Of a stretch of 64,000 nt of DNA, positions 1 through 12,300 are shown piece by piece (the stretch's first letter is position 1; each line of letters opens with the position of its first letter). Below the pieces are notes generated by a model. The model saw only the letters and a list, made by a program, of their open reading frames with translations. It made no database searches and was not told the DNA's origin. A program made the translations under genes and the position numbers. This stretch comes from the human T2T-CHM13v2.0 reference genome, Homo sapiens. The stretch lies in assembly GCF_009914755.1 (NCBI RefSeq), contig NC_060939.1; one strand, given 5' to 3'.

Positions 1-115
1 CATTCAATTCCATTAATCTCCATTCCATTCCATTCTACTCCTACTGATTCCACTCCATTCTATTCCTTTCCATTCCATTTCATTCCATTCCATTCCATTT
101 CATTCCATTCCATTC

Positions 116-190
116 CATTCGTGTCCATTCCACTCCAGTCCATTCCATTCGTGTCCATTCCATTCCAGTCCATTCCATTTGTGTCCACTG
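116..190 (+). repeat. 30-bp sub-repeat within each unit (CATTCGTGTCCATTCCA[C/T]TCCAGTCCATTC, ~2.5 copies)
   Basis: GTGTCC occurs at 121, 151 and 181. A related 30-mer doublet (CAGTCCATTCCATTCGAGTC...) lies at ~1050-1100. Confidence 0.8.
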
Positions 191-395
191 CATTCCATTC
201 CACTCCATTCCATATTATTCCATTACACTCCATTCAATTCTATTACTTTCATTTCCATTCAATTCCATTCCATTTCATTCCATTCCACTCGGTTTCATTC
301 CATTTGAGTCCACTCCATTCCATTCCATTCCATTCCATTCAGTTCCATTCCATTCTGTTCCATTCCATTCCGTTCCATTACATTCCATTCCATTC

Positions 396-2204
396 GGTAC
401 CATTCCATATTGTTCCATTCGATTCCATTCGAATCCATTCCATTCCAGTCCATTCCATTCGATTCCATTCCATTCATTTCAATTCCATTCCATTCCATTC
501 CATTCCATTCCACTTGATTCCTCTCCATTCCCTTCCACTGCATTCCGTTCGATTCCATTCCATTGCATTGCATTCCATTCCATTGGATTGCATTCCATTC
601 GATTCCATTCCATTCGAATCAATTACATAGCAATCCATTACATTCGAGTCTATTCTATTCCGTTCCATTCGATTTCGTTCCAATCCAATCGATTCCATTC
701 CATTCGATTCCATTCCATACTATTGCATTCCATTCGATTACATTATATTCGAATAAGTTCCATTCAAGACCATTTCTTTTGAGTCCATTCTATTTGAGTC
801 CATTCCCTTTGATTCCATAACATTTGAGTCCATTCAATTGCATTCCTTTCGTTTCCATTCCATTTGATGCCATTCCATTCAATTCTGTTCTACTCGACTC
901 CAATACATTCAATTCCATTCCATCCGATTCCATTACATTCTTTTCATTTCTTATCCATTTCAAGCCATTCCACTCCATTCCATTCCACTCGTTTCCTTTC
1001 CAGTCGAGTCCATTCCTCTCCAGTCCATTCCGTTCAATCCATTCCATTCCAGTCCATTCCATTCGAGTCCATTCCATTCCAGTCCATTCCAATCGAGTCA
1101 ATTCCATCCCATTCGATGTCTTCCCATAACGATCCATTCCATTCTATTCCTTTCGATTCCATTCCATTCTATTTCATTCCATTCGATTCCCTTCCATTGG
1201 ACTCCTTTCCATTCGAATGCATTCCATTCCGTTCCATTTCTTTCCTTTCTGTACGATTCCTACCGTTCGATTTCATTTTGTTCCAGTCCATTCCTTTCGC
1301 GTCCATTCCATTCCATTTCACTCCATTCCATTCCATTCCACTCGATTCCACTTCGTTCCATTTCATTGCATTCCATTCTATTCAACTCTATTGCCTTCCA
1401 TTCCATTCCATTCGATTACATTCCATGCGATTCCATTCGAAATCGAATCAATTACATTGCAATCCATTACTATTGAGTCCATTTTATTCCAGTCCACTGC
1501 ATTCTGGTCCATTCCATTTGATTCCATTCCATTCTATTCCATTCCATACAGTTGCATTCCATTGGATTCCATTCTATATCTATAAATTCAATTCGAGACC
1601 ATTGCTTTTGAGTCCATTCTATATGATTCCATTCCATTCAAGTCCATTACATTTGGTTCAATTCCATTCCATTCCATTCCCTTCCATTCCATTCCAGTTG
1701 ATATCAATCCATTCGATTCCATTCCATTCGAGCACATTCCATTCGAGTCCATTCCATTTGATGCCATTCCATTTGATTCTATTCCATTAGTCTCCATTCA
1801 ATTCCATTAATCTCCATTCCATTCCATTCTACTCCAACTGATTGCGTTCCATTCTATTCCTTTCCATTCCATTTCATTCCATTCCATTCCATTTCATTCC
1901 ATTCCATTCCATTCGCTTCCATTCCATTCGTGTCCATTCCACTCCAGTCCATTCCATTCGTGTCCATTCCATTCCAGTCCATTCCATTTGTGTCCACTGC
2001 ATTCCATTCCACTACATTCCATATTTTTCCATTACACTCCATTCCATTCTATTACTTTCATTTCCATTCAATTCCATTCCATTTGATTCCATTCCACTCG
2101 GTTTCATTCCATTTGAGTCCACTCCATTCCATTCCATTCCATTCCATTCAGTTCCATTCCATTCTGTTCCATTCCATTCCGTTCCATTGCATTCCATTCC
2201 ATTC
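396..2204 (+). repeat. Representative KpnI-to-KpnI ~1.8 kb monomer; likely D15Z1 (chr15p 1.8-kb KpnI satellite III, HSat3A5-like)
   Basis: GGTACC occurs at 396, 2205, 3994, 5803, 7592, 9356 ... 61442, 63251 (36 sites, mean spacing ~1796 bp). A 1.8-kb KpnI-cut satellite III family is the described hallmark of D15Z1. The chromosome and subfamily assignment is from recall and needs alignment; a great-ape orthologue or another acrocentric copy cannot be excluded. Confidence 0.72.
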
Positions 2205-3339
2205 GGTACCATTCCATATTGTTCCATTCGATTCCATTCGAATCCATTCCATTCCAGTCCATTCCATTCGATTCCATTCCATTCCTTTCAATTCCATTCC
2301 ATTCCATTCCATTCCACTTGATTCCACTCCATTCCCTTCCACTGCATTCCATTCGATTCCATTCCATTGCATTGCATTCCATTCCATTGGACTGCATTCC
2401 ATTTGATTCCATTCCATTCGAATCAATTACATAGCAATCCATTACATTCGAGTCTATTCTATTCCGTTCCATTCGATTTCATTCCAATCCATTCGATTCC
2501 ATTCCATTCGATTCCATTCCATACTATTGCATTCCATTCTATTACATTATATTCGAATAAGTTCCATTCAAGACCATTTCTTTTGAGTCCATTCTATTTG
2601 AGTCCATTCCCTTTGATTCCATAACATTTGAGTCCATTCAATTCCATTCCTTTCGTTTCCATTCCATTTGATGCCATTCCATTCAATTCTGTTCTACTCG
2701 ACTCCAATACATTCAATTCCATTCCATCCGATTCCATTACATTCTTTTCATTTCTTATCCATTTCAAGCCATTCCACTCCATTCCATTCCACTCGTTTCC
2801 TTTCCATTCGAGTCCATTCCTCTCCAGTCCATTCCGTTCAATCCATTCCATTCCAGTCCATTCCATTCGAGTCCGTTCCATTCCAGTCCATTCCATTCGA
2901 GTCAATTCCATTCCATTCGATGTCTTTCCATAACGATCCATTCCATTCTATTCCTTTCGATTCCATTCCATTCTATTTCATTCCATTCGATTCCCTTCCA
3001 TTGGACTCCTTTCCATTCGAGTGCATTCCATTCCGTTCCATTTCTTTCCGTTCTGTACGATTCCTACCGTTCGATTTCATTTTGTTCCAGTCCATTCCTT
3101 TCGCGTCCATTCCATTCCATTTCACTCCATTCGATTCCATTCCACTCGATTCCACTTCGTTCCATTTCATTGCATTCCATTCTATTCAACTCTATTGCCT
3201 TCCATTCCATTCCATTCGATTACATTCCATGCGATTCCATTCGAAATCGAATCAATTACATTGCAATCCATTACTATTGAGTCCGTTTTATTCCAGTCCA
3301 CTGCATTCTGGTCCATTCCATTTGATTCCATTCCATTCT

Positions 3340-6300
3340 ATTCCATTCTATACAGTTGCATTCCATTGGATTCCATTCTATATCTATAAATTCAATTCGA
3401 GACCATTGATTTTGAGTCCATTCTATATGATTCCATTCCATTCAAGTCCATTACGTTTGGTTCAATTCCATTCCATTATATTCCCTTCCATTCCATTCCA
3501 GTTGATATCAATCCATTCGATTCAATTCCATTCGAGCACATTCCATTTGAGTCCATTCCATTCGATGCCATTCCATTTGATTCTATTCCATTAGTCTCCA
3601 TTCAATTCCATTAATCTCCATTCCATTCCATTCTACTCCTACTGATTCCTCTCCATTCTATTCCTTTCCATTCCATTTCATTCCATTCCATTCCATTTCA
3701 TTCCATTCCATTCCATTCGTGTCCATTCCACTCCAGTCCATTCCATTCGTGTCCATTCCATTCCAGTCCATTCCATTTGTGTCCACTGCATTCCATTCCA
3801 CTCCATTCCATATTATTCCATTACACTCCATTCAATTCTATTACTTTCATTTCCATTCAATTCCATTCCATTTCATTCCATTCCACTCGGTTTCATTCCA
3901 TTTGAGTCCACTCCATTCCATTCCATTCCATTCCATTCAGTTCCATTCCATTCTGTTCCATTCCATTCCGTTCCATTACATTCCATTCCATTCGGTACCA
4001 TTCCATATTGTTCCATTCGATTCCATTCGAATCCATTCCATTCCAGTCCATTCCATTCGATTCCATTCCATTCATTTCAATTCCATTCCATTCCATTCCA
4101 TTCCATTCCACTTGATTCCTCTCCATTCCCTTCCACTGCATTCCGTTCGATTCCATTCCATTGCATTGCATTCCATTCCATTGGATTGCATTCCATTCGA
4201 TTCCATTCCATTCGAATCAATTACATAGCAATCCATTACATTCGAGTCTATTCTATTCCGTTCCATTCGATTTCGTTCCAATCCAATCGATTCCATTCCA
4301 TTCGATTCCATTCCATACTATTGCATTCCATTCGATTACATTATATTCGAATAAGTTCCATTCAAGACCATTTCTTTTGAGTCCATTCTATTTGAGTCCA
4401 TTCCCTTTGATTCCATAACATTTGAGTCCATTCAATTCCATTCCTTTCGTTTCCATTCCATTTGATGCCATTCCATTCAATTCTGTTCTACTCGACTCCA
4501 ATACATTCAATTCCATTCCATCCGATTCCATTACATTCTTTTCATTTCTTATCCATTTCAAGCCATTCCACTCCATTCCATTCCACTCGTTTCCTTTCCA
4601 GTCGAGTCCATTCCTCTCCAGTCCATTCCGTTCAATCCATTCCATTCCAGTCCATTCCATTCGAGTCCATTCCATTCCAGTCCATTCCAATCGAGTCAAT
4701 TCCATCCCATTCGATGTCTTCCCATAACGATCCATTCCATTCTATTCCTTTCGATTCCATTCCATTCTATTTCATTCCATTCGATTCCCTTCCATTGGAC
4801 TCCTTTCCATTCGAATGCATTCCATTCCGTTCCATTTCTTTCCTTTCTGTACGATTCCTACCGTTCGATTTCATTTTGTTCCAGTCCATTCCTTTCGCGT
4901 CCATTCCATTCCATTTCACTCCATTCCATTCCATTCCACTCGATTCCACTTCGTTCCATTTCATTGCATTCCATTCTATTCAACTCTATTGCCTTCCATT
5001 CCATTCCATTCGATTACATTCCATGCGATTCCATTCGAAATCGAATCAATTACATTGCAATCCATTACTATTGAGTCCATTTTATTCCAGTCCACTGCAT
5101 TCTGGTCCATTCCATTTGATTCCATTCCATTCTATTCCATTCCATACAGTTGCATTCCATTGGATTCCATTCTATATCTATAAATTCAATTCGAGACCAT
5201 TGCTTTTGAGTCCATTCTATATGATTCCATTCCATTCAAGTCCATTACATTTGGTTCAATTCCATTCCATTCCATTCCCTTCCATTCCATTCCAGTTGAT
5301 ATCAATCCATTCGATTCCATTCCATTCGAGCACATTCCATTCGAGTCCATTCCATTTGATGCCATTCCATTTGATTCTATTCCATTAGTCTCCATTCAAT
5401 TCCATTAATCTCCATTCCATTCCATTCTACTCCAACTGATTGCGTTCCATTCTATTCCTTTCCATTCCATTTCATTCCATTCCATTCCATTTCATTCCAT
5501 TCCATTCCATTCGCTTCCATTCCATTCGTGTCCATTCCACTCCAGTCCATTCCATTCGTGTCCATTCCATTCCAGTCCATTCCATTTGTGTCCACTGCAT
5601 TCCATTCCACTACATTCCATATTTTTCCATTACACTCCATTCCATTCTATTACTTTCATTTCCATTCAATTCCATTCCATTTGATTCCATTCCACTCGGT
5701 TTCATTCCATTTGAGTCCACTCCATTCCATTCCATTCCATTCCATTCAGTTCCATTCCATTCTGTTCCATTCCATTCCGTTCCATTGCATTCCATTCCAT
5801 TCGGTACCATTCCATATTGTTCCATTCGATTCCATTCGAATCCATTCCATTCCAGTCCATTCCATTCGATTCCATTCCATTCCTTTCAATTCCATTCCAT
5901 TCCATTCCATTCCACTTGATTCCACTCCATTCCCTTCCACTGCATTCCATTCGATTCCATTCCATTGCATTGCATTCCATTCCATTGGACTGCATTCCAT
6001 TTGATTCCATTCCATTCGAATCAATTACATAGCAATCCATTACATTCGAGTCTATTCTATTCCGTTCCATTCGATTTCATTCCAATCCATTCGATTCCAT
6101 TCCATTCGATTCCATTCCATACTATTGCATTCCATTCTATTACATTATATTCGAATAAGTTCCATTCAAGACCATTTCTTTTGAGTCCATTCTATTTGAG
6201 TCCATTCCCTTTGATTCCATAACATTTGAGTCCATTCAATTCCATTCCTTTCGTTTCCATTCCATTTGATGCCATTCCATTCAATTCTGTTCTACTCGAC

Positions 6301-9300
6301 TCCAATACATTCAATTCCATTCCATCCGATTCCATTACATTCTTTTCATTTCTTATCCATTTCAAGCCATTCCACTCCATTCCATTCCACTCGTTTCCTT
6401 TCCATTCGAGTCCATTCCTCTCCAGTCCATTCCGTTCAATCCATTCCATTCCAGTCCATTCCATTCGAGTCCGTTCCATTCCAGTCCATTCCATTCGAGT
6501 CAATTCCATTCCATTCGATGTCTTTCCATAACGATCCATTCCATTCTATTCCTTTCGATTCCATTCCATTCTATTTCATTGCATTCGATTCCCTTCCATT
6601 GGACTCCTTTCCATTCGAGTGCATTCCATTCCGTTCCATTTCTTTCCGTTCTGTACGATTCCTACCGTTCGATTTCATTTTGTTCCAGTCCATTCCTTTC
6701 GCGTCCATTCCATTCCATTTCACTCCATTCGATTCCATTCCACTCGATTCCACTTCGTTCCATTTCATTGCATTCCATTCTATTCAACTCTATTGCCTTC
6801 CATTCCATTCCATTCGATTACATTCCATGCGATTCCATTCGAAATCGAATCAATTACATTGCAATCCATTACTATTGAGTCCGTTTTATTCCAGTCCACT
6901 GCATTCTGGTCCATTCCATTTGATTCCATTCCATTCTATTCCATTCCATACAGTTGCATTCCATTGGATTCCATGCTATATCTATAAATTCAATTCGAGA
7001 CCATTGCTTTTGAGTCCATTCTATATGATTCCATTCCATTCAAGTCCATTACATTTGGTTCAATTCCATTCCATTCCATTCCCTTCCATTCCATTCCAGT
7101 TGATATCAATCCTTTCGATTCCATTCCATTCGAGCACATTCCATTCGAGTCCATTCCATTCGATGCCATTCCATTTGATTCTATTCCATTAGTCTCCATT
7201 CAATTCCATTAATCTCCATTCCATTCCATTCTACTCCAACTGATTCCATTCCATTCTATTCCTTTCCATTCCATTTCATTCCATTCCATTCCATTTCATT
7301 CCATTCCATTCCATTCGTGTCCATTCCACTCCAGTCCATTCCATTCGTGTCCATTCCATTCCAGTCCGTTCCATTTGTGTACACTGCATTCCATTCCACT
7401 CCATTCCATATTATTCCATTACACTCCATTCCATTCTATTACTTTCATTTCCATTCAATTCCATTCCATTTGATTCCATTCCACTCGGTTTCATTCCATT
7501 TGAGTCCACTCCATTCCATTCCATTCCATTCCATTCAGTTCCATTCCATTCTGTTCCATTCCATTCCGTTCCATTACATTCCATTCCATTCGGTACCATT
7601 CCATATTGTTCCTTTCGATTCCATTCGATTCCATTCCATTCATTTCAATTCCATTCCATTCCATTCCATTACATTCCACTTGATTCCTCTCCATTCCCTT
7701 CCACTGCATTCCGTTCGATTCCATTCCATTGCATTGCATTCCATTCCATTGGATTGCATTCTATTCGATTCCATTCCATTCGAATCAATTACATAGCAAT
7801 CCATTACATTCGAGTCTATTCTATTCCGTTCCATTCGATTTCGTTCCAATCCATTCGATTCCATTCCATTCGATTCCATTCCATACTATTGCATTCCATT
7901 CGATTACATTATATTCGAATAAGTTCCATTCAAGACCATTCCTTTTGAGTCCATTCTATTTGAGTCCATTCCCTTTGATTCCATAACATTTGAGTCCATT
8001 CAATTCCATTCCTTTCGTTTCCATTCCATTTGATGCCATTCCATTCAATTCTGTTCTACTCGACTCCAATACATTCAATTCCATTCCCTCCGATTCCATT
8101 ACATTCTTTTCATTTCTTATCCATTTCAAGCCATTCCACTCCATTCCATTCCACTCGTTTCCTTTCCAGTCGAGTCCATTCCTCTCCAGTCCATTCCGTT
8201 CAATCCATTCCATTCCAGTCCATTCCATTCGAGTCCATTCCATTCCAGTCCATTCCATTCGAGTCAATTCCATCCCATTCGATGTCTTCCCATAACGATC
8301 CATTACATTCTATTCCTTTCGATTCCATTCCATTCTATTTCATTCCATTCGATTCCCTTCCATTGGACTCCTTTCCATTCGAGTGCATTCCATTCCGTTC
8401 CATTACTTTCCGTTCAGTACGATTCCTACCGTTCGATTTCATTTTCTTCCAGTCCATTCCTTTCGCGTCCATTCCATTCCATTTCACTCCATTCGATTCC
8501 ATTCCACTCGATTCCACTTCGTTCCATTTCATTGCATTCCATTCTATTCAACTCTATTGCCTTCCATTCCATTCCATTCGATTACATTCCATGCGATTCC
8601 ATTCGAAATCGAATCAATTACATTGCAATCCATTACTATTGAGTCCGTTTTATTCCAGTCCACTGCATTCTGGTCCATTCCATTTGATTCCATTCCATTC
8701 TATTCCATTCTATACAGTTGCATTCCATTGGATTCCATTCTATATCTATAAATTCAATTCGAGACCATTGATTTTGAGTCCATTCTATATGATTCCATTC
8801 CATTCAAGTCCATTACATTTGGTTCAATTCCATTCCATTATATTCCCTTCCATTCCATTCCAGTTGATATCAATCCATTCGATTCAATTCCATTCGAGCA
8901 CATTCCATTTGAGTCCATTCCATTCGATGCCATTCCATTTGATTCTATTCCATTAGTCTCCATTCAATTCCATTAATCTCCATTCCATTCCATTCTACTC
9001 CTACTGATTCCACTCCATTCTATTCCTTTCCATTCCATTTCATTCCATTCCATTCCATTTCATTCCATTCCATTCCATTCGTGTCCATTCCACTCCAGTC
9101 CATTCCATTCGTGTCCATTCCATTCCAGTCCATTCCATTTGTGTCCACTGCATTCCATTCCACTCCATTCCATATTATTCCATTACACTCCATTCAATTC
9201 TATTACTTTCATTTCCATTCAATTCCATTCCATTTCATTCCATTCCACTCGGTTTCATTCCATTTGAGTCCACTCCATTCCATTCCATTCCATTCCATTC

Positions 9301-12300
9301 AGTTCCATTCCATTCTGTTCCATTCCATTCCGTTCCATTACATTCCATTCCATTCGGTACCATTCCATATTGTTCCATTCGATTCCATTCGAATCCATTC
9401 CATTCCAGTCCATTCCATTCGATTCCATTCCATTCATTTCAATTCCATTCCATTCCATTCCATTCCATTCCACTTGATTCCTCTCCATTCCCTTCCACTG
9501 CATTCCGTTCGATTCCATTCTATTGCATTGCATTCCATTCCATTGGATTGCATTCCATTCGATTCCATTCCATTCGAATCAATTACATAGCAATCCATTA
9601 CATTCGAGTCTATTCTATTCCGTTCCATTCGATTTCGTTCCAATCCAATCGATTCCATTCCATTCGATTCCATTCCATACTATTGCATTCCATTCGATTA
9701 CATTATATTCGAATAAGTTCCATTCAAGACCATTTCTTTTGAGTCCATTCTATTTGAGTCCATTCCCTTTGATTCCATAACATTTGAGTCCATTCAATTG
9801 CATTCCTTTCGTTTCCATTCCATTTGATGCCATTCCATTCAATTCTGTTCTACTCGACTCCAATACATTCAATTCCATTCCATCCGATTCCATTACATTC
9901 TTTTCATTTCTTATCCATTTCAAGCCATTCCACTCCATTCCATTCCACTCGTTTCCTTTCCAGTCGAGTCCATTCCTCTCCAGTCCATTCCGTTCAATCC
10001 ATTCCATTCCAGTCCATTCCATTCGAGTCCATTCCATTCCAGTCCATTCCAATCGAGTCAATTCCATCCCATTCGATGTCTTCCCATAACGATCCATTCC
10101 ATTCTATTCCTTTCGATTCCATTCCATTCTATTTCATTCCATTCGATTCCCTTCCATTGGACTCCTTTCCATTCGAATGCATTCCATTCCGTTCCATTTC
10201 TTTCCTTTCTGTACGATTCCTACCGTTCGATTTCATTTTGTTCCAGTCCATTCCTTTCGCGTCCATTCCATTCCATTTCACTCCATTCCATTCCATTCCA
10301 CTCGATTCCACTTCGTTCCATTTCATTGCATTCCATTCTATTCAACTCTATTGCCTTCCATTCCATTCCATTCGATTACATTCCATGCGATTCCATTCGA
10401 AATCGAATCAATTACATTGCAATCCATTACTATTGAGTCCATTTTATTCCAGTCCACTGCATTCTGGTCCATTCCATTTGATTCCATTCCATTCTATTCC
10501 ATTCCATACAGTTGCATTCCATTGGATTCCATTCTATATCTATAAATTCAATTCGAGACCATTGCTTTTGAGTCCATTCTATATGATTCCATTCCATTCA
10601 AGTCCATTACATTTTGTTCAATTCCATTCCATTCCATTCCCTTCCATTCCATTCCAGTTGATATCAATCCATTCGATTCCATTCCATTCGAGCACATTCC
10701 ATTCGAGTCCATTCCATTTGATGCCATTCCATTTGATTCTATTCCATTAGTCTCCATTCAATTCCATTAATCTCCATTCCATTCCATTCTACTCCAACTG
10801 ATTGCGTTCCATTCTATTCCTTTCCATTCCATTTCATTCCATTCCATTCCATTTCATTCCATTCCATTCCATTCGCTTCCATTCCATTCGTGTCCATTCC
10901 ACTCCAGTCCATTCCATTCGTGTCCATTCCATTCCAGTCCATTCCATTTGTGTCCACTGCATTCCATTCCACTACATTCCATATTTTTCCATTACACTCC
11001 ATTCCATTCTATTACTTTCATTTCCATTCAATTCCATTCCATTTGATTCCATTCCACTCGGTTTCATTCCATTTGAGTCCACTCCATTCCATTCCATTCC
11101 ATTCCATTCAGTTCCATTCCATTCTGTTCCATTCCATTCCGTTCCATTGCATTCCATTCCATTCGGTACCATTCCATATTGTTCCATTCGATTCCATTCG
11201 AATCCATTCCATTCCAGTCCATTCCATTCGATTCCATTCCATTCCTTTCAATTCCATTCCATTCCATTCCATTCCACTTGATTCCACTCCATTCCCTTCC
11301 ACTGCATTCCATTCGATTCCATTCCATTGCATTGCATTCCATTCCATTGGACTGCATTCCATTTGATTCCATTCCATTCGAATCAATTACATAGCAATCC
11401 ATTACATTCGAGTCTATTCTATTCCGTTCCATTCGATTTCATTCCAATCCATTCGATTCCATTCCATTCGATTCCATTCCATACTATTGCATTCCATTCT
11501 ATTACATTATATTCGAATAAGTTCCATTCAAGACCATTTCTTTTGAGTCCATTCTATTTGAGTCCATTCCCTTTGATTCCATAACATTTGAGTCCATTCA
11601 ATTCCATTCCTTTCGTTTCCATTCCATTTGATGCCATTCCATTCAATTCTGTTCTACTCGACTCCAATACATTCAATTCCATTCCATCCGATTCCATTAC
11701 ATTCTTTTCATTTCTTATCCATTTCAAGCCATTCCACTCCATTCCATTCCACTCGTTTCCTTTCCATTCGAGTCCATTCCTCTCCAGTCCATTCCGTTCA
11801 ATCCATTCCATTCCAGTCCATTCCATTCGAGTCCGTTCCATTCCAGTCCATTCCATTCGAGTCAATTCCATTCCATTCGATGTCTTTCCATAACGATCCA
11901 TTCCATTCTATTCCTTTCGATTCCATTCCATTCTATTTCATTGCATTCGATTCCCTTCCATTGGACTCCTTTCCATTCGAGTGCATTCCATTCCGTTCCA
12001 TTTCTTTCCGTTCTGTACGATTCCTACCGTTCGATTTCATTTTGTTCCAGTCCATTCCTTTCGCGTCCATTCCATTCCATTTCACTCCATTCGATTCCAT
12101 TCCACTCGATTCCACTTCGTTCCATTTCATTGCATTCCATTCTATTCAACTCTATTGCCTTCCATTCCATTCCATTCGATTACATTCCATGCGATTCCAT
12201 TCGAAATCGAATCAATTACATTGCAATCCATTACTATTGAGTCTGTTTTATTCCAGTCCACTGCATTCTGGTCCATTCCATTTGATTCCATTCCATTCTA

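Larger units (their letters stand above)
1..6580 (+). repeat. Local higher-order repeat: 3598-bp A+B dimer duplication
   Basis: Homologous ORF anchors 121/3719, 864/4462, 1930/5528 and 2668/6266 all differ by 3598. Private variants CCAATCGATT, GAATGC, GATTGCGTTCC and ACTACATTCCATATTTT are shared at that offset. Confidence 0.85.

Noticed and set aside
1430-1450. Possible heat-shock element around TTCGAAATCGAATC
   Set aside because: The spacing does not fit the canonical inverted nGAAn triplet (GAAnnTTCnnGAA).
864-1790. 308-aa ORF (TTG-ATG start) repeated in almost every unit
   Set aside because: It is a low-complexity IPFHS translation of CATTC, which has no stop codon in any + frame. Its persistence reflects near-identity of the units. 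It is broken by a stop at 38734 and read through in the 31372 copy, and it shows no domain or gene context.
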